Origin: Oikopleura dioica
Taxonomy: Eukaryota; Animalia; Chordata
NCBI GenBank assembly: GCA_907165135.1
Contig: OU015566.1
Span: 5,146,001-5,210,000, forward strand
Length of the DNA: 64,000 nucleotides
Reading direction: 5' to 3'
The notes under the pieces are model-generated. The model searched no databases and was not told the origin of the DNA. It was given only the letters and a program-made list of their open reading frames with translations. Position numbers and translations under genes: made by a program. Shown in pieces: positions 1-11,811 of this stretch. Numbering within the stretch: the first letter of the stretch is position 1; every line of letters starts with the position of its first letter.

Positions 1-960
1 TAACACGACAGACATTGCGCTTCTGACATGGGATCAGACCAAGAACACGAGGAATGCCTTGTTTCGAGAGAGGAGAGACATTCAATACGTTGAACAGATA
101 TCAGGTGAAAATCAGATTTCTGAATCGCGTCTAAAATTTCGGAGATCAAATCATCCATGAAACATTCTAATCTTTTCTTCTTTCGTAGGGGAAGTTGTTC
201 CTTAGGAGGATGAGATAGAACGGGGCTACTTCCGCGTTCGAACGAGATTCGAATCCTTCCCGCCTAACACTTTGTGAACTTTCGATGAAACATCCTGAGG
301 ACGTCGACGCCAGACTGACGAGGAATCTGCACAATAAAAAAGGTCAAGACCCGAAGAAATATGGCGAGCAAGTGAAACACGTGTCCTATCCTGACATGGG
401 GAAGTTTAAGTATCAAGCCCTTGTGGATGGCACTGTTGCGCCTTATCGAACAGCATTGTTGATGCAAATGGACTCGGTGATTCTTAAGCAAAAGTCGATG
501 AATTACGAGTGGTGGTATAGATATATGAAGCCATGGGTGGTAAGCGCTTGAAGCAAATTTCTCTCGTTTGATTATTTCTAGCACTTCATTCCAATTGAAA
601 AAGATCTATCCGACCTTCGAGAGAAAATCGAGTGGGCGAGAAACAATTACGATAAACCTCGCCAAATTGCTTTTAATGCCAATGCTCTTGCTGCTCAATG
701 GATGAATCCAGAATTTATGTACCGCTACTACGCAAAGACAATAGAGCTTTACAGGTTTATCTTTCTCTGAAGCATATTTTGAAGCTTTCTATTTCAGTAA
801 GAAGCAGTCGAGGCCTGTAAAAGTGACAGAAAACCATGAACATCTGACGCAAGAATCTGACCCAGATCTCAACAATCAGTGACAAAAGTACTTCAGTGAG
901 AAACCCTGCGACTGCCAAAAACGATCCCGAGACGAATATCCCTTTAATAGCCTGGACTCC
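1..960 (+). pseudogene. POGLUT2/3 (KDELC, GT90/CAP10 glycosyltransferase)-like 3' fragment, decayed
   Basis: Exons read KFKYQALVDGTVAPYRTALLMQMDSVILKQKSMNYEWWYRYMKPWV|HFIPIEKDLSDLREKIEWARNN, matching the KDELC motif KYQINIDGTVAAYR...HYIPVK.DLSDL.EKI.WA. Short GT-AG introns; in-frame TGA in the last exon. Confidence 0.75.
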
Positions 961-965
961 AGGCC

Positions 966-2019
966 CTGGAGCCCTTGTTCTTTCCGACAACGGTATCTGC
1001 TGCATTGACGAGTTTGACAAGATGACTGAGTCTACTCGCTCCGTCCTCCACGAAGTAATGGAATTCTGCACTTTATCCGTCGCCAAAGCAGGCATCATTT
1101 GTCGCCTCAACGCTCGTACATCTGTCCTCGCCGCTGCCAATCCCGTCGAATCAGCTTGGAACGCAAACAAAACAATCGTGGAAGACATCCAATTGCCGCA
1201 CACGCTCATGTCGCGTTTCGATCTAATCTTTTTGGTGCTCGATCCAAAGGACGAAGCTTACGATCGAAAACTCGCCGCACATTTGTTCTCACTGTATCAT
1301 ACCGACAGAAAAGATGTGATGAACGATGATCAACAACATCTCGACCAAAAGTTGCTGAGAGACTACCTCGGTTACGCCCGAGCCATGGTCAAACCAGTGC
1401 TGAATGTAGAGGCAAAAACAGAGCTTGTCAATTCTTACATCAAAATGCGACAAGTCGGAGCGAATAGAAAAGCAATTTGCGCTTACCCGCGTCAACTAGA
1501 ATCACTCATTCGACTTTCCGAGGCCCATGCGAAGGTTTGACTTTCTGATGTCGTCGACAAAATGGACGTATAAGAAGCTGTTCGGCTCTACCGAGAGGCA
1601 CTGAAGCAGTCCATCATGGATCCAAAAACTGGCGCAATCGATATCTCCATTTGGTAAGAAAGTCTTCCTTGATTTCAAAACCTAAAAATTGCATTTCAGA
1701 CCACTGGAATTTCCGCCCACGCGCGTGCCCAGCAAGAAGAGCACAAGAACGCTCAGTGTTGTGATCGAAAGAGAGGTTCAAGGACAGACTATCAAAGCAA
1801 TCGAGCTTCTTAGCATTTGGAGACGATTTACTGATAAAGCAATTACGACCCTACAGTTTGATCTTGCTGTTCAGGACTTAACTGTAGCTGAAAATTTCTG
1901 AAATATCTTTTTAACCATGAAAAGGCTCTAGTATCCGACGATGTCCTCGCCCGACACGGAGACACTATTTGCGTCAATCACAGTTTACTAGTTCAACGAA
2001 TTCAACTCACTCGCCTTAA
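966..2019 (+). pseudogene. MCM4: MCM4 C-terminal half (AAA+ and winged helix), 5'-truncated, with nonsense codons
   Basis: [66 protein letters not shown] at 1538-1540 falls where MCM4 has R, and another TAA lies in the MDV*EAVRLYREALKQS...DPKTG segment. Intron near 1653-1698. Confidence 0.9.
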
Positions 2020-3335
2020 TCCAACCTGACAAATCCATTTTAGAAACATTTATTTTACACTACCACTTATCGCACAAAGACACTCTTGTTTCTCACTGTT
2101 TCCCATTCTGCAACATCTGCTAAACAACGAAAAAATGACAAATTCTTTGCTTTTGATGCGCTGAGGCATGAAAATTTTTATTGAATAAAAATTAAATAAG
2201 TAAGAGACTGAAAAAGACCGGAAAACTTACTAAGTGGATTAAAAATTGCTCCAAAGGGAACTGCAGCTGATAAGAAGGCAAATGATAAAGTTGCACTGCA
2301 ACTTGCAGATAATAAAAAGGACAAGCCAGAGTCGGGAATTCCAGAGGAAAATGAATTACAAAATGATGAGGACAGAGAACTCAAGTAATTTAGTAACTAT
2401 GAATTCTAAAAAATCTTCCGTGGGAACTATAATCAACATCAAATATTAAATAATAATAATTCTTCGCGTAACTTTGCTTCTATGAATCATTTTTTGTATC
2501 AAAAAATAAGCCTGAACATAACGCTTTCATTTACTCCTTTTCGCTTATCTATAGAAATCAGTTTTTCGCGAAAAGAATCGCTGATTTTGGTGATTCGTCG
2601 CCTCATTCATTGGCGAATCAAATGAGGGATTACAAGATTCAAAAAGAAATCAAAAAAATAAAAAAGAGAACAATGCGAAAATTAGAGAAAATAAAGAAGT
2701 CAGTTATATTTTTTTCTCGCGCGCTAGCTTATTTTGTACTCTCATCCCTCAAAATTTGTACTGTAAAAAAGATTTTTTATTTTTTACGCTTTTAAAACCT
2801 GATAATCGCCGCAAGCTTTTTTTTCAAAAAACGAGAATTTTGTTTTCAGACTCGAGCGGGGTGGAATGGGTCAAGACGCTCGCCCTCGTCCTTCTAGTCG
2901 CTCAAAATGCCTCCCTGGTGCTCGCAATGCGCAAAGCACGAACAGACGAGGTGATTCTTTATTTAAAAACAACTCCTAAGCAAAGTTTTTAGGGAGACAA
3001 GTTCTTCAATACCGCAGCAGTGTTCTTTTGCGAAATCTTGAAAATCGTCGCTTCTTCTTTGATTTCCTCGTCGGCAGCCACAAGGTACCTTTCCAGCCTT
3101 CAAACCGTTCCAGTGCAATGTGCTCTCTTTCTACGGCGAGATCAGCAGCGAGATCATCAACCGGCCCTGGGACACGCTCAAAGTCGCCGTTCCCAGCTTC
3201 ATCTACACCGTCCAGAACAACTTGCTTTATCTGGCGGTTTCCAATCTTCCAGCAGTTACTTTTCAAGGTACTCATTTTTAAACTACTTGATTTCTGGGCT
3301 TTTGTTTGAGCAAGTTCATTGCTGACTGACTGGCT

Positions 3336-3584
3336 GGGCTCGACAACCTGAGTAGAAAACCTGAGTCAGAGTTCTAAAACAGTAAATGAAAAGCCGCTTA
3401 GCGGCTTTATTTAATAAAAAGCCGCAAAGCGGCTTCGCCAAAGTTACCAACTTATTAAGTAAATGATTTACTTTCACTAGCGAAGACGCTTTGCGGCTTC
3501 GTTTTTAAATAAAGCCGCTACGCGGCTTTTTATTTTACTGTTTTAGAACCCTGACTCAGATTTTCCACTAAGGTTGCCGAGCCC
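3336..3584. mobile_element. hAT-type MITE (long-TIR foldback) in SLC35A2 intron
   Basis: About 105-bp imperfect inverted arms (gggctcgacaacc...aagccgc / gcggct...ggttgccgagccc) and an 8-bp TSD gactggct/aactggct. Related pieces near 19317, 20460-20545 and 55217. Confidence 0.8.
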
Positions 3585-4123
3585 AACTGGCTCCGCGAGC
3601 GTTTCCTTGATCCTTATAAATAGTGTCACCCGTTTTTAAATCAATAAGGAAAAAGTCAAATCGATGTTTTCAGTTTCCTACCAGCTGAAAATCCTGACGA
3701 CTGCTTTTTCTCCGTCGCCCTGCTGAAGAAACAGCTTCTCCGCAGTCCTCATTTCCTGCCTCTTTTCTGGCTTCGCCGGCGTCTTTTGAGAAAATCCTCA
3801 AGACAGGACAAGTCTCCATTTGGCTGAGGAACATACAGCTCGGCCTCTTTGCCGCCGTTCGCGCCGGAATTGGAATGATCGCCAAAAACGGAGAACAAAT
3901 TGCCAAAAAGTAAGCGACTCTTCTTTTGAGAAAAGTTGAGATTTTAAAAAGCCGAATTCATCTTTCTCGGTTTTTCTTTCTCGTGCTAAAACTGTTTCAG
4001 GGAATCTTCTTTGGCTTCAACGGCATCGCCCTGGCAGTGGTCTTCAACCAGGCTTTTGGGGGCCTGTTGATCGCTGTCGTCATCAAGTACGCGGACAACA
4101 TTTTCAAGGGCTTCGCATCCAGC

Positions 4124-4358
4124 TAGGGTCCGACACGATTAGGACAGAAAAATTATTTTTCAGAAAACTTCAACTGTGGCTAAAATGAGGTCTCGGAACT
4201 CATTTCCGGCCTTTAATTCTACCTAAAACTCCTCTTTTCAACCCTTTTTAGGCTTTTAAAAATTTCAATTCAAAAACCCTAGAAGCATTTCGATTTTTAG
4301 GGCGCTTATACTTTTTGGCCTTTCGAAAACTTGGGTCCTCCGATCGTGCCGGACCCTA
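4124..4358. mobile_element. hAT-type MITE inserted in SLC35A2 exon
   Basis: TIR tagggtccg(a/g)cacgat at both ends; perfect 8-bp TSD catccagc at 4116-4123 and 4359-4366. Confidence 0.9.
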
Positions 4359-4707
4359 CATCCAGCATCGCCATCATCGTCTCCACCATCCTTTCCGTCA
4401 TCTTCTTCGGCTTCCAAATACAGGCACGGTTCAATACAGTTTCATAATTTGTTTTCCAAAGCCGCAACGACACGGCTTCTCGTCTTAATGAATCCATCTT
4501 TTGAAAATGTGCTGAACTGAATCGACAGAGTTCGTTTGTTTCAGGCGCGGCGCTGGTAATCTGCGCCGTGTATTTATACCTGCCCCAACCCAAAAGATCT
4601 CTTGCCAAACTCGTTCGCCGCCGCGTCGCCTTCTAAACTATGACTGTACTAGTCAATTTATTTATCTGTAAAATCGCCGCACAAAATATGTTTTCCGTTT
4701 TATTTAT

Positions 4708-4953
4708 GGGGGGTCGACGAGAACTTTTCCACGGATGATCGTTATTTCGCTTATACACATAGTCAGGATATGAATCTTATATTTTTGGAATCTACTGATT
4801 CTCCCGAATCTGTTGAGCATAAAATCATTTGATAAAAATTAGTCTAATTTAATTAGATTTAGGGGTCGAAATGAACAAAATTGTAAAAAATTGACCATTT
4901 TTGGTGCATCTTCGCGAAAATGGAATCGGAAATCCCGATTCTCGTCGACCCCC
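4708..4953. mobile_element. Putative MITE
   Basis: 15-bp terminal inverted repeat gggggtcgacgagaa / ttctcgtcgaccccc; no clear TSD. Confidence 0.5.
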
Positions 4954-5011
4954 TTCTTAAATATATCAATTTTCGAAAATATATCGTTTTTCTTGTATAT
5001 TTAGAGTCAAA

Positions 5012-5831
5012 ATGACCTTCTCGTCCCAGGCAGGGATGTACATTTTCTAAAATTTTCAACTGCGGTGCGTTGCAAACTGCGATTTTTTGACGATTTTCTG
5101 CGGTGCGAACTGCGAGATTTAAAATTTTCTCTTCGCAGTGCGGCGCAGACTGCGATTTCCTGCGATCTTCGGAAAAAATTGAAAAATGCGTTAAATTCTG
5201 CGATTTTCTGCGAAACTGCGGAAAATAAGCGGAAACTGCGCTTAATTCTGCGATTTTTTTGTGAAAAAATGCGAAATTTTCTGCAAAATGCGATCCGAGT
5301 GAAAAGAGTGGTCATTATTCTGACGGGCAGAGTTGCATTTTTGAAAATTTTTTCTGAGCTGAGCAAGCTGATCTGAGGTCGAAATTGAGCTGAGCTGGCC
5401 CCTTATAAAAACAGCTTTCTCAACTCAGCTGGATTAAAAAAATTGAGCTGAGCATATTTGAAAATTTTTGAGCTGAGCTGAGCTGACCATTCTTTTATGC
5501 TGAGCAAGCCTTCGGGCCGTCCAGCCCCGTTCCATGATTTTTAAGTTTAAGGGGCTTGACTGCGCTGCGAAGTGCGAAATTCCGCAGTTCGCAGGTCGCA
5601 CTGCGAAGGTTTCTGCGATTTCCCCACTGCGAATGTACATCCCTGGTCCCAGGAGGAATTAGCTTCCTGGCTAAGACGAGTGTACAACACTCATAATCCC
5701 TGGAGACGCTGCATGATTTGTCAGTGGAAGCCGGGCCGCCCTGACGAGCCGATACCACGAGGAGCGATCGAACCAGGTCGAAAATCAGATATTTTCGACC
5801 ATTTCAATAGGGAACACCCTCTCTGTAACAG
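5012..5831 (+). CDS. Exon of a putative C2H2/BED-like zinc-finger protein, interrupted by the 5031 MITE
   Basis: Removing the MITE plus one TSD gives an open frame MTFSSQEELASWLRRVYNTHNPWRRCMICQW...DHFNREHPLCN (CxxC...HxxxxH). Acceptor tttag precedes it and a gtaag donor follows at 5832. Confidence 0.45.
5031..5645. mobile_element. hAT-type MITE in a coding exon
   Basis: TIR cagggatgtacatt / aatgtacatccctg; perfect 8-bp TSD gtcccagg at 5023-5030 and 5646-5653; internal ctgcga and gagctga subrepeats. Confidence 0.9.
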
Positions 5832-7645
5832 GTAAGAAACCAACTTGGGCAGACGGAGATCTTAGGCAAACGGCGATCTTGGGCAGACGGCGATCGAATT
5901 GAAAATATAATCATAATTCAATTTAAAGAGATTAATTCGGTCACACGACGTTTTCATTCAGCGCTGCTGAATTCGTCGGTTTGCTGAAAACGTCGGTATG
6001 CTGAAAACGTCGTGTAACCGACTAATTCAAGGTTTCAGAAATTTATGAGCGCAAAGGAGACTTTGATTTCCGTTTATAATTACTAAAATCGGGAAATTTC
6101 TCATCTTGAATTATGAAATCAATACCAGCACGATAGGATAGCTTTGAAGTGGTAAAGTAAAATCGCTAGTTTTATGTCCGAGGCCTATAGATTGAGGAAA
6201 CAATAGAAGCGCCGAGTCCTCACAAGCGCTAATCCCCAACTTGGTTGAATTGATGGTTTCCCATATAACTGTTTCTTGTGATTCATTTTCGGTTCGTTCT
6301 ATTTTTGGAGTTATTTCTGATTGAAACTGAGGTAAAACAATCATTGTGAGTAGTGAGGAAAAGGGGAAAACTGATGAAACTCTTCCCAAAACCTCCTCCC
6401 AGCGAAGAGGAGTACTCATGCTTGATTTACAAACACATGCACAATCTTCTGACATCCGAATTACGATCCAGTCTCAGTAAACCGGAGCCTTTTTTCTTCT
6501 TGATTAACTCTTCCGGGAATAGTTTATTACGACCTTGATTGAGAATTTAGCGACTCTCATAATAAGACCATCCATTACGAAGGCTCTTCGTTATCAATGT
6601 AAACGATGTCATAATTCGGAAAGCTTCCGTAGAGTCCACGATACTGAATTTTTCATTTCGTCTCTTATTTATGTGTTTATGCTCAAGAATTTTCGAAAAT
6701 CGGATACAACTATTGAAAAACAATATTAGAAAATTGTGGTGGTCTTGTCAAGAATCCACGGTAAATAGCCGTTCAAAAGACATCACAGGACAATTTTTCT
6801 TTTTTTCTTCTCTCAATAAAAAAATCCTTCTATCACTTTAAATATCAATGTTCAAATAATGAGTAAAAATAAAATGAGATTTCGTTATAAGGCTTATTTT
6901 TGAGTTATTCAAGCCTTTATTTAGGCCATTTTGGCAAAGATATTGACTTCAAGCCGAAACTTAGCTGTTTTTTGTTAATCAATTGAGAAACCTCTCTGTT
7001 AAGGTTAAGATCTAGGATTGATCTATTCAATACGCCGATAAAGGGACCGCCTAGATAACTAAGTCCTGAGTTATTCAAGGCTCAACTTGGGGAATCGACG
7101 GTAGTGCCCTTAAGGACCCCCCCATCAAGAATCGTGAAAATGGGGCTCTTTAGTGAAAGGTTTTCTCAGAGACTATCTTAGGTAGGCCCTTAATTTGAAT
7201 TGCAACCTTCAGATTTAACCCTCGACTGCAACCGTTCCCCTTATGATGACCTCTCGATGAACTGTTTAAGGATATACAGGCCCTTAAAGGTAAGGTTGCT
7301 AAGTGCAGGTTTTTTGGGGGTTTTTAGTTGAGGTATACCCTTAATTTTTTTACAGGATAAATGTAAGGCCCTATTACCTAAATTTTCTATAGCAGCAAAA
7401 AAATTTTCAACATAAAGTTTTCTCCTCGTTGTTCAAAAAAACCAAAAAGAACAAAAAATATAAAAAATTTTGACTTTCGCAATTTGAGATTTCGCAAATC
7501 GGACGTTATTTTTACAAAAATAGGTCTTGAGCGAGCGCGAGTGAGCGCGAGCAGAGATCTCGCAATTTTAAGTTGAGCGAGTGAGCGCGAGCAGTGGCCT
7601 TGAAATTTTACGTGAGTGAGTGAGAATGAGCGCTTGCTCGCTCGC

Positions 7646-7887
7646 GGGTGACGGGCGGCCAGAACGGCGTTCTGCAAATACAGAACGGCGTTCTGCAAAT
7701 GCAGAATGGCGTTCTGCATAGGGATTTTTTTTACGATGTAACTTGATTCTTATCAGCATCCAGCGAAGCTTAAAGAGTAACTCCTGACTTAAGAAATTCT
7801 GAGATTTCCTTCAAGACAGGCGCGAAGCGAATATATTTTTTGAGTGCAGAACGCCGTACTGCTGCAGAACGTGGCCGCCCTACACCC
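7646..7887. mobile_element. MITE, 8-bp TSD family, intact copy
   Basis: TIR gggtg(a/t)(c/a)gggcggcca; internal cagaacggcgttctgca repeats; TSD tcgctcgc/tagctcgc; sits in gagcgagcgc-rich repeat DNA. Confidence 0.75.
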
Positions 7888-8851
7888 TAGCTCGCTTACG
7901 CTCGCTCGCGGCTCGCGCTCATCATTTTTTCAAACACTGGTCTCGGTTCACATTTGAACTTGAGTAATAACTTTTGAAAAGTAGAGAAAAGTTATGAATC
8001 TCCTCCGGAAGCTAGTTCCAAGTATGGGAGAGTATAATACTCTGAATATCAGGATATTTTTTAAGAAAATCGAGGCAAGTCGAGTAAGTCTTTGCTATTA
8101 AATATATCGACCGGACTTCCGGACTTGGACAGTGATAAGTCCGTTCCTGTGAAACACAGAAAAGCTTTTTTCAAATAAAAATTCAATTACAGATCGTCTT
8201 TCACCCAAGATCGTCATTTGCTCAAGTTGGGCAGATGACGACCTGGGCAGATAACGACTTGGGCAAATGACGACCACTCAGTTGATTTGCCCTGAGCAAA
8301 TGATTGCTCTGAGCAAGAGAATAGCGGATAGTACTTGAGCTTTTAGAAGTGCTTTTGTACGTCTGGTTTCATGAACGCAAATCGGCTGAATTTCCAGTCA
8401 AAGATGGCCAAAACGGGGTGTGATCCATTAATTTAACTCAGAAATTTTAGCCCAGCCGCTGAAGAAGACAACACTCCTGCTCCTCAAGAAGAAGAGTCAA
8501 TGGACGCTGGATTTGCTTCGGATGCTGCGACTCTGGGCTATGAAGAATCAGAAGATGATTCACATTCCCAAGGTAAATATTATATTTTGAATGAAGTTTT
8601 TGTTTTTGAAAGCATTAAGTTTTACATTTTTCCGAGAATGGAATTTTTCAAATTTTAAAAATAGATTGATTTGTTTTCAAAAGAATATACTCTGAAATCA
8701 AGGAAGAAAACTTTGCTAAAGGAAACTTGAAAAGATCTTATCATGTCGGTTCTGTTAACGCCGAAACGCAAAGCGACCAATTAATTATAACAAGGCCCTT
8801 AAATGGCTCATCAGTTATGTAAAATTTAGTTATAACTTTTAAGTTATATAA

Positions 8852-9406
8852 GGGACTATATGTATTTTGGCCCATCTTAAAAATTTTAAATTAAAATTTT
8901 TTTGGTATGACCACGTGATCACCTGATACGGACCCTCGAAAAGCTACAAAAGCTTGCCAACGTCGATCCCCTGACCGTAGGTGATCATAATGTAGCTCAC
9001 ATGAAAGAGCACAAAAAGTTCTTCCTAAAGAATCCAAAACATTTTTGGTGGTGAGATCACATGACTCGCTAGCGGGAAGTGAAGCGTCCAAAATGGCCCT
9101 TTTTGCAATGTATATTGGCCTGAGTAACCCGTGAGACCTTGATTTTTACCTCAATTTTAGCGAGTTTTGAGTCCTTATATAGCTTCTAGCGTGTCCTGTA
9201 AAGACGGCACCAAGAATTTTTTTGACTAACCCACTAGAACAAACCAAGACCTTTCTTTTTGGCCTAACGAAAAGATGATGCCAGAAGGGGATCAAGCTCG
9301 GCAAGCTTTTCTAGCTTTTCGAGGGTCTGTAACCCGTCATCACGTGGTCAGACCAAAAAATTTTCAATAACAATTTTTTTAGTTGAGCCCAAATACATAT
9401 TGTCCC
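8852..9406. mobile_element. MITE with about 150-bp diverged TIRs
   Basis: gggactatatgtattt...gaccacgtgat...cctcgaaaagcta is mirrored by tagcttttcgaggg...atcacgtggtc...aaatacatattgtccc; TSD unclear. Confidence 0.65.
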
Positions 9407-9554
9407 AAAATTTCAAGGCTTTAACACAAAGGGTTCTTGGGGTTGAATTTTTGCTCGTCGGCCCTACTTATAACTTATAGCCTAAGTTATAGGTAACTCA
9501 ACTTTTAGTTGACGCAAGATGATTTTAAAAAACTTTTTGCAGGCGAAATTCGGT

Positions 9555-9699
9555 AAAACCTGAAAATGGCAACAAAGGCAACAAGTGCAACAAACATGTT
9601 TTCAGCCATTTTCAGCCAACTTGCCATTTTCAGGTTTTGGAGACTTGAAGCTGTTTTTTTCAGATGCCCTTGTTGCCCATGTTGCCATTTTCAGGTTTT
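9555..9699. repeat. Short inverted repeat (small MITE or hairpin)
   Basis: aaaacctgaaaatggcaaca...ggcaacaag is mirrored by cttgttgcc...tgttgccattttcaggtttt. Confidence 0.55.
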
Positions 9700-10234
9700 T
9701 CGCAAAATTCTGACATTGTCAGATTTTCAGCCCTACAGAAAGCCCGTCAAATTTTGGGTAGATTCGACCAAGTCGTTTTCGAAATTTTCCAAAGAATAAC
9801 GTCACAAATGACGTCAGAAATTCCAAAAAAACCAAACTTTGAGTCCTATTTTAACAGTGTTCCTGCTTGAATTTTTCGGTGTTTGATAGCGCAAATGAAA
9901 GCTTATTAAAAACTATACAAAGGTTTTTACGGATAAGGAAAAAAATCGAAGAATTTGGCTCTAGAATTTTCCGAAAAAAAAAATTTCGAGGAAATGAAAA
10001 CTAATCAAAAACCTTAGTAGAATTTTTCATATGGATCAATTTGAGCTATAGAACATGAGAAAATTCCGTCAATAAAGCCCAAAAAACGGGTGACGGGCGG
10101 CCACGTTCTGCCAGAACGGCGTTCTGCAAAAACAGAACGGCGTTCTGCAAATGCAGAATGGCGTTCTGCATGAGAATTTTTTTTTACGATGTTACTTGAT
10201 TCATATCAGTTTTAACGCTTTCAGCTAAGCTTAA

Positions 10235-10662
10235 CTTCTTAATACACGTTTTACCGACCACGGCGACTTTGGCCCTCAATTACTCCAAAGGTTGTAATCC
10301 GTTTGAGCTAATTTTTGCAATGTGCACTTATATGAACAAACCGAACCACTCTGCGAAGTTTCGTGAAGATTGTCAAGAGGGATGGCGCTTTGCACACGAC
10401 CTCTTTCAAGCTCATTATTGAAAAATTGAAAGGTTTTTTCTCCTTGATAATAACATGAGTAAATAGCTGAGTGTTCGGGCTTTCTAACAGTATAGTTTTA
10501 AACTTATTATCTCGACGGAAATATGAATGAGAGATCAAAATAGTCGGCGCTGTTTTTCACACTCCGAATTTGGCGCGCCGCGCGGGGCTGAATAATGCTT
10601 GGTGGTCAGTTTTCCCGACCTCGTGTTTTGAGCGCTTAGTCGCCCGCCCGTGTATTGAGAAG
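10235..10662. mobile_element. TTAA-targeting MITE (nested)
   Basis: ttaa|cttcttaatacacg ... cgtgtattgagaag|ttaa. Confidence 0.75.
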
Positions 10663-10666
10663 TTAA

Positions 10667-11159
10667 GGACGCCTCCGTCATGTGATAATGACTTTTTCAA
10701 ACACGGATATCGGATTGATTTTTGAAATATTTTTTGATTATTCTGTAGCTCGATAGTTGCTTTAGGGCATCAGAAGGAAAACAAGCTCATAGGCCTCTTA
10801 AGGGTGTCGCAACGATAAGTTAAAGTGAAAATATTTTTCAAACATGGATATCATTATGATGACCTTAACTGATCAAAATTTTTTTATGTTGAAAATTTAG
10901 CTGAGACCCTTGTCGAGAGCACCGCATCAAGTGTATGGTGATATGTTAAGGGTTTCACTAAGAAAAAAGGGTTTGAAGATTGGTGATCGACCGAAAAATG
11001 GGCAAATTTAGCTAAAAAAGCCCGAAAATCAAGCTTTTCAAAGTCGATTTTGAGGGTCAAGGAGTCGAAATAGAATTTTACGACAATAGAGAAAAATGAT
11101 CCTCAGAACTCAAAGAATCGATTTCCGAAAATCGTCAAACATGACGGGGGGGGGGGTCC
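10667..11159. mobile_element. TTAA-targeting MITE (nested)
   Basis: ttaa|ggacgcctccgtcatgt ... acatgacggggggggggggtcc|ttaa. Solo left ends of a similar family near 7112 and 52502. Confidence 0.7.
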
Positions 11160-11644
11160 TTAAAGAATAACTCCTGACTTAAAAAATTCTGAGATTTCCT
11201 TTAAGACAGGCGCGAAGCGCATATATTTTTTGAGTGCAGAACGTGGCCGCCCTACACCCCAAAAAATTGACTCAAAATTTTCCCGAAATGGTCATTTTTG
11301 CCAACTTCTAGCGTTATTGATGACGTCATCGTGTGACGGTTTTGGAGTCGCCTCATAATTTTACGGGCTTTCAGCTGAATCTATAAACAGGCAAAGTCAG
11401 GATTTTGGCTGCGAAAAGTTTTTTAAATTCATCTAAGAAAAATATGAACTTATGGAACTATTTTTGATCAAGGAATTCGACTTCGGTTTAAAATTTTTTT
11501 CGAAAATGGTTGAGTTTAGCTATTGAACGAAATTTTTAACTCGGTAATTTTTCCATATTGAAAAATTTTTTTATTGACATGAAAATCGACACATTAACAA
11601 AAATGCATATTTACTCATATTTATGTTGTTAACCATTTAACCCT

Positions 11645-11811
11645 TCCAGCAGCAGAGCCAAATCATGAACGCGCACAACTTGCAGCAAGCCGCCAATCTC
11701 GCACGAGCTATTCCCCAAAGTCTCCAGCTGCCGCAACTCAGCGTCCAGCAAATCCAACTCCTCTAGCAACAGCTCCTTCTTCAGCAATTGGCCAACTCAC
11801 AACAACAACAG
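11645..11811 (+). pseudogene. Gln-rich exon fragment with internal TAG
   Basis: QQQSQIMNAHNLQQAANLARAIPQSLQLPQLSVQQIQLL*QQLLLQQLANSQQQQ, followed by a gtacag donor. Confidence 0.4.

Larger units (their letters stand above)
2850..4636 (+). pseudogene. SLC35A2: UDP-galactose/nucleotide-sugar transporter SLC35A2-like, disrupted
   Basis: Exons read [106 protein letters not shown]. Frameshifts, an internal deletion near 3738, and an exonic MITE at 4124. Confidence 0.85.
10088..11259. mobile_element. Second copy of the 7646 MITE family, split by two nested TTAA elements
   Basis: 10088-10230 matches the left part of 7646-7887 and 11164-11259 matches the right part; TSD caaaaaac/caaaaaat. Confidence 0.8.

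Noticed and set aside
10308-10538. Transposase remnant in the nested TTAA element
   Set aside because: The 76-aa ORF has no DDE or other recognisable motif.
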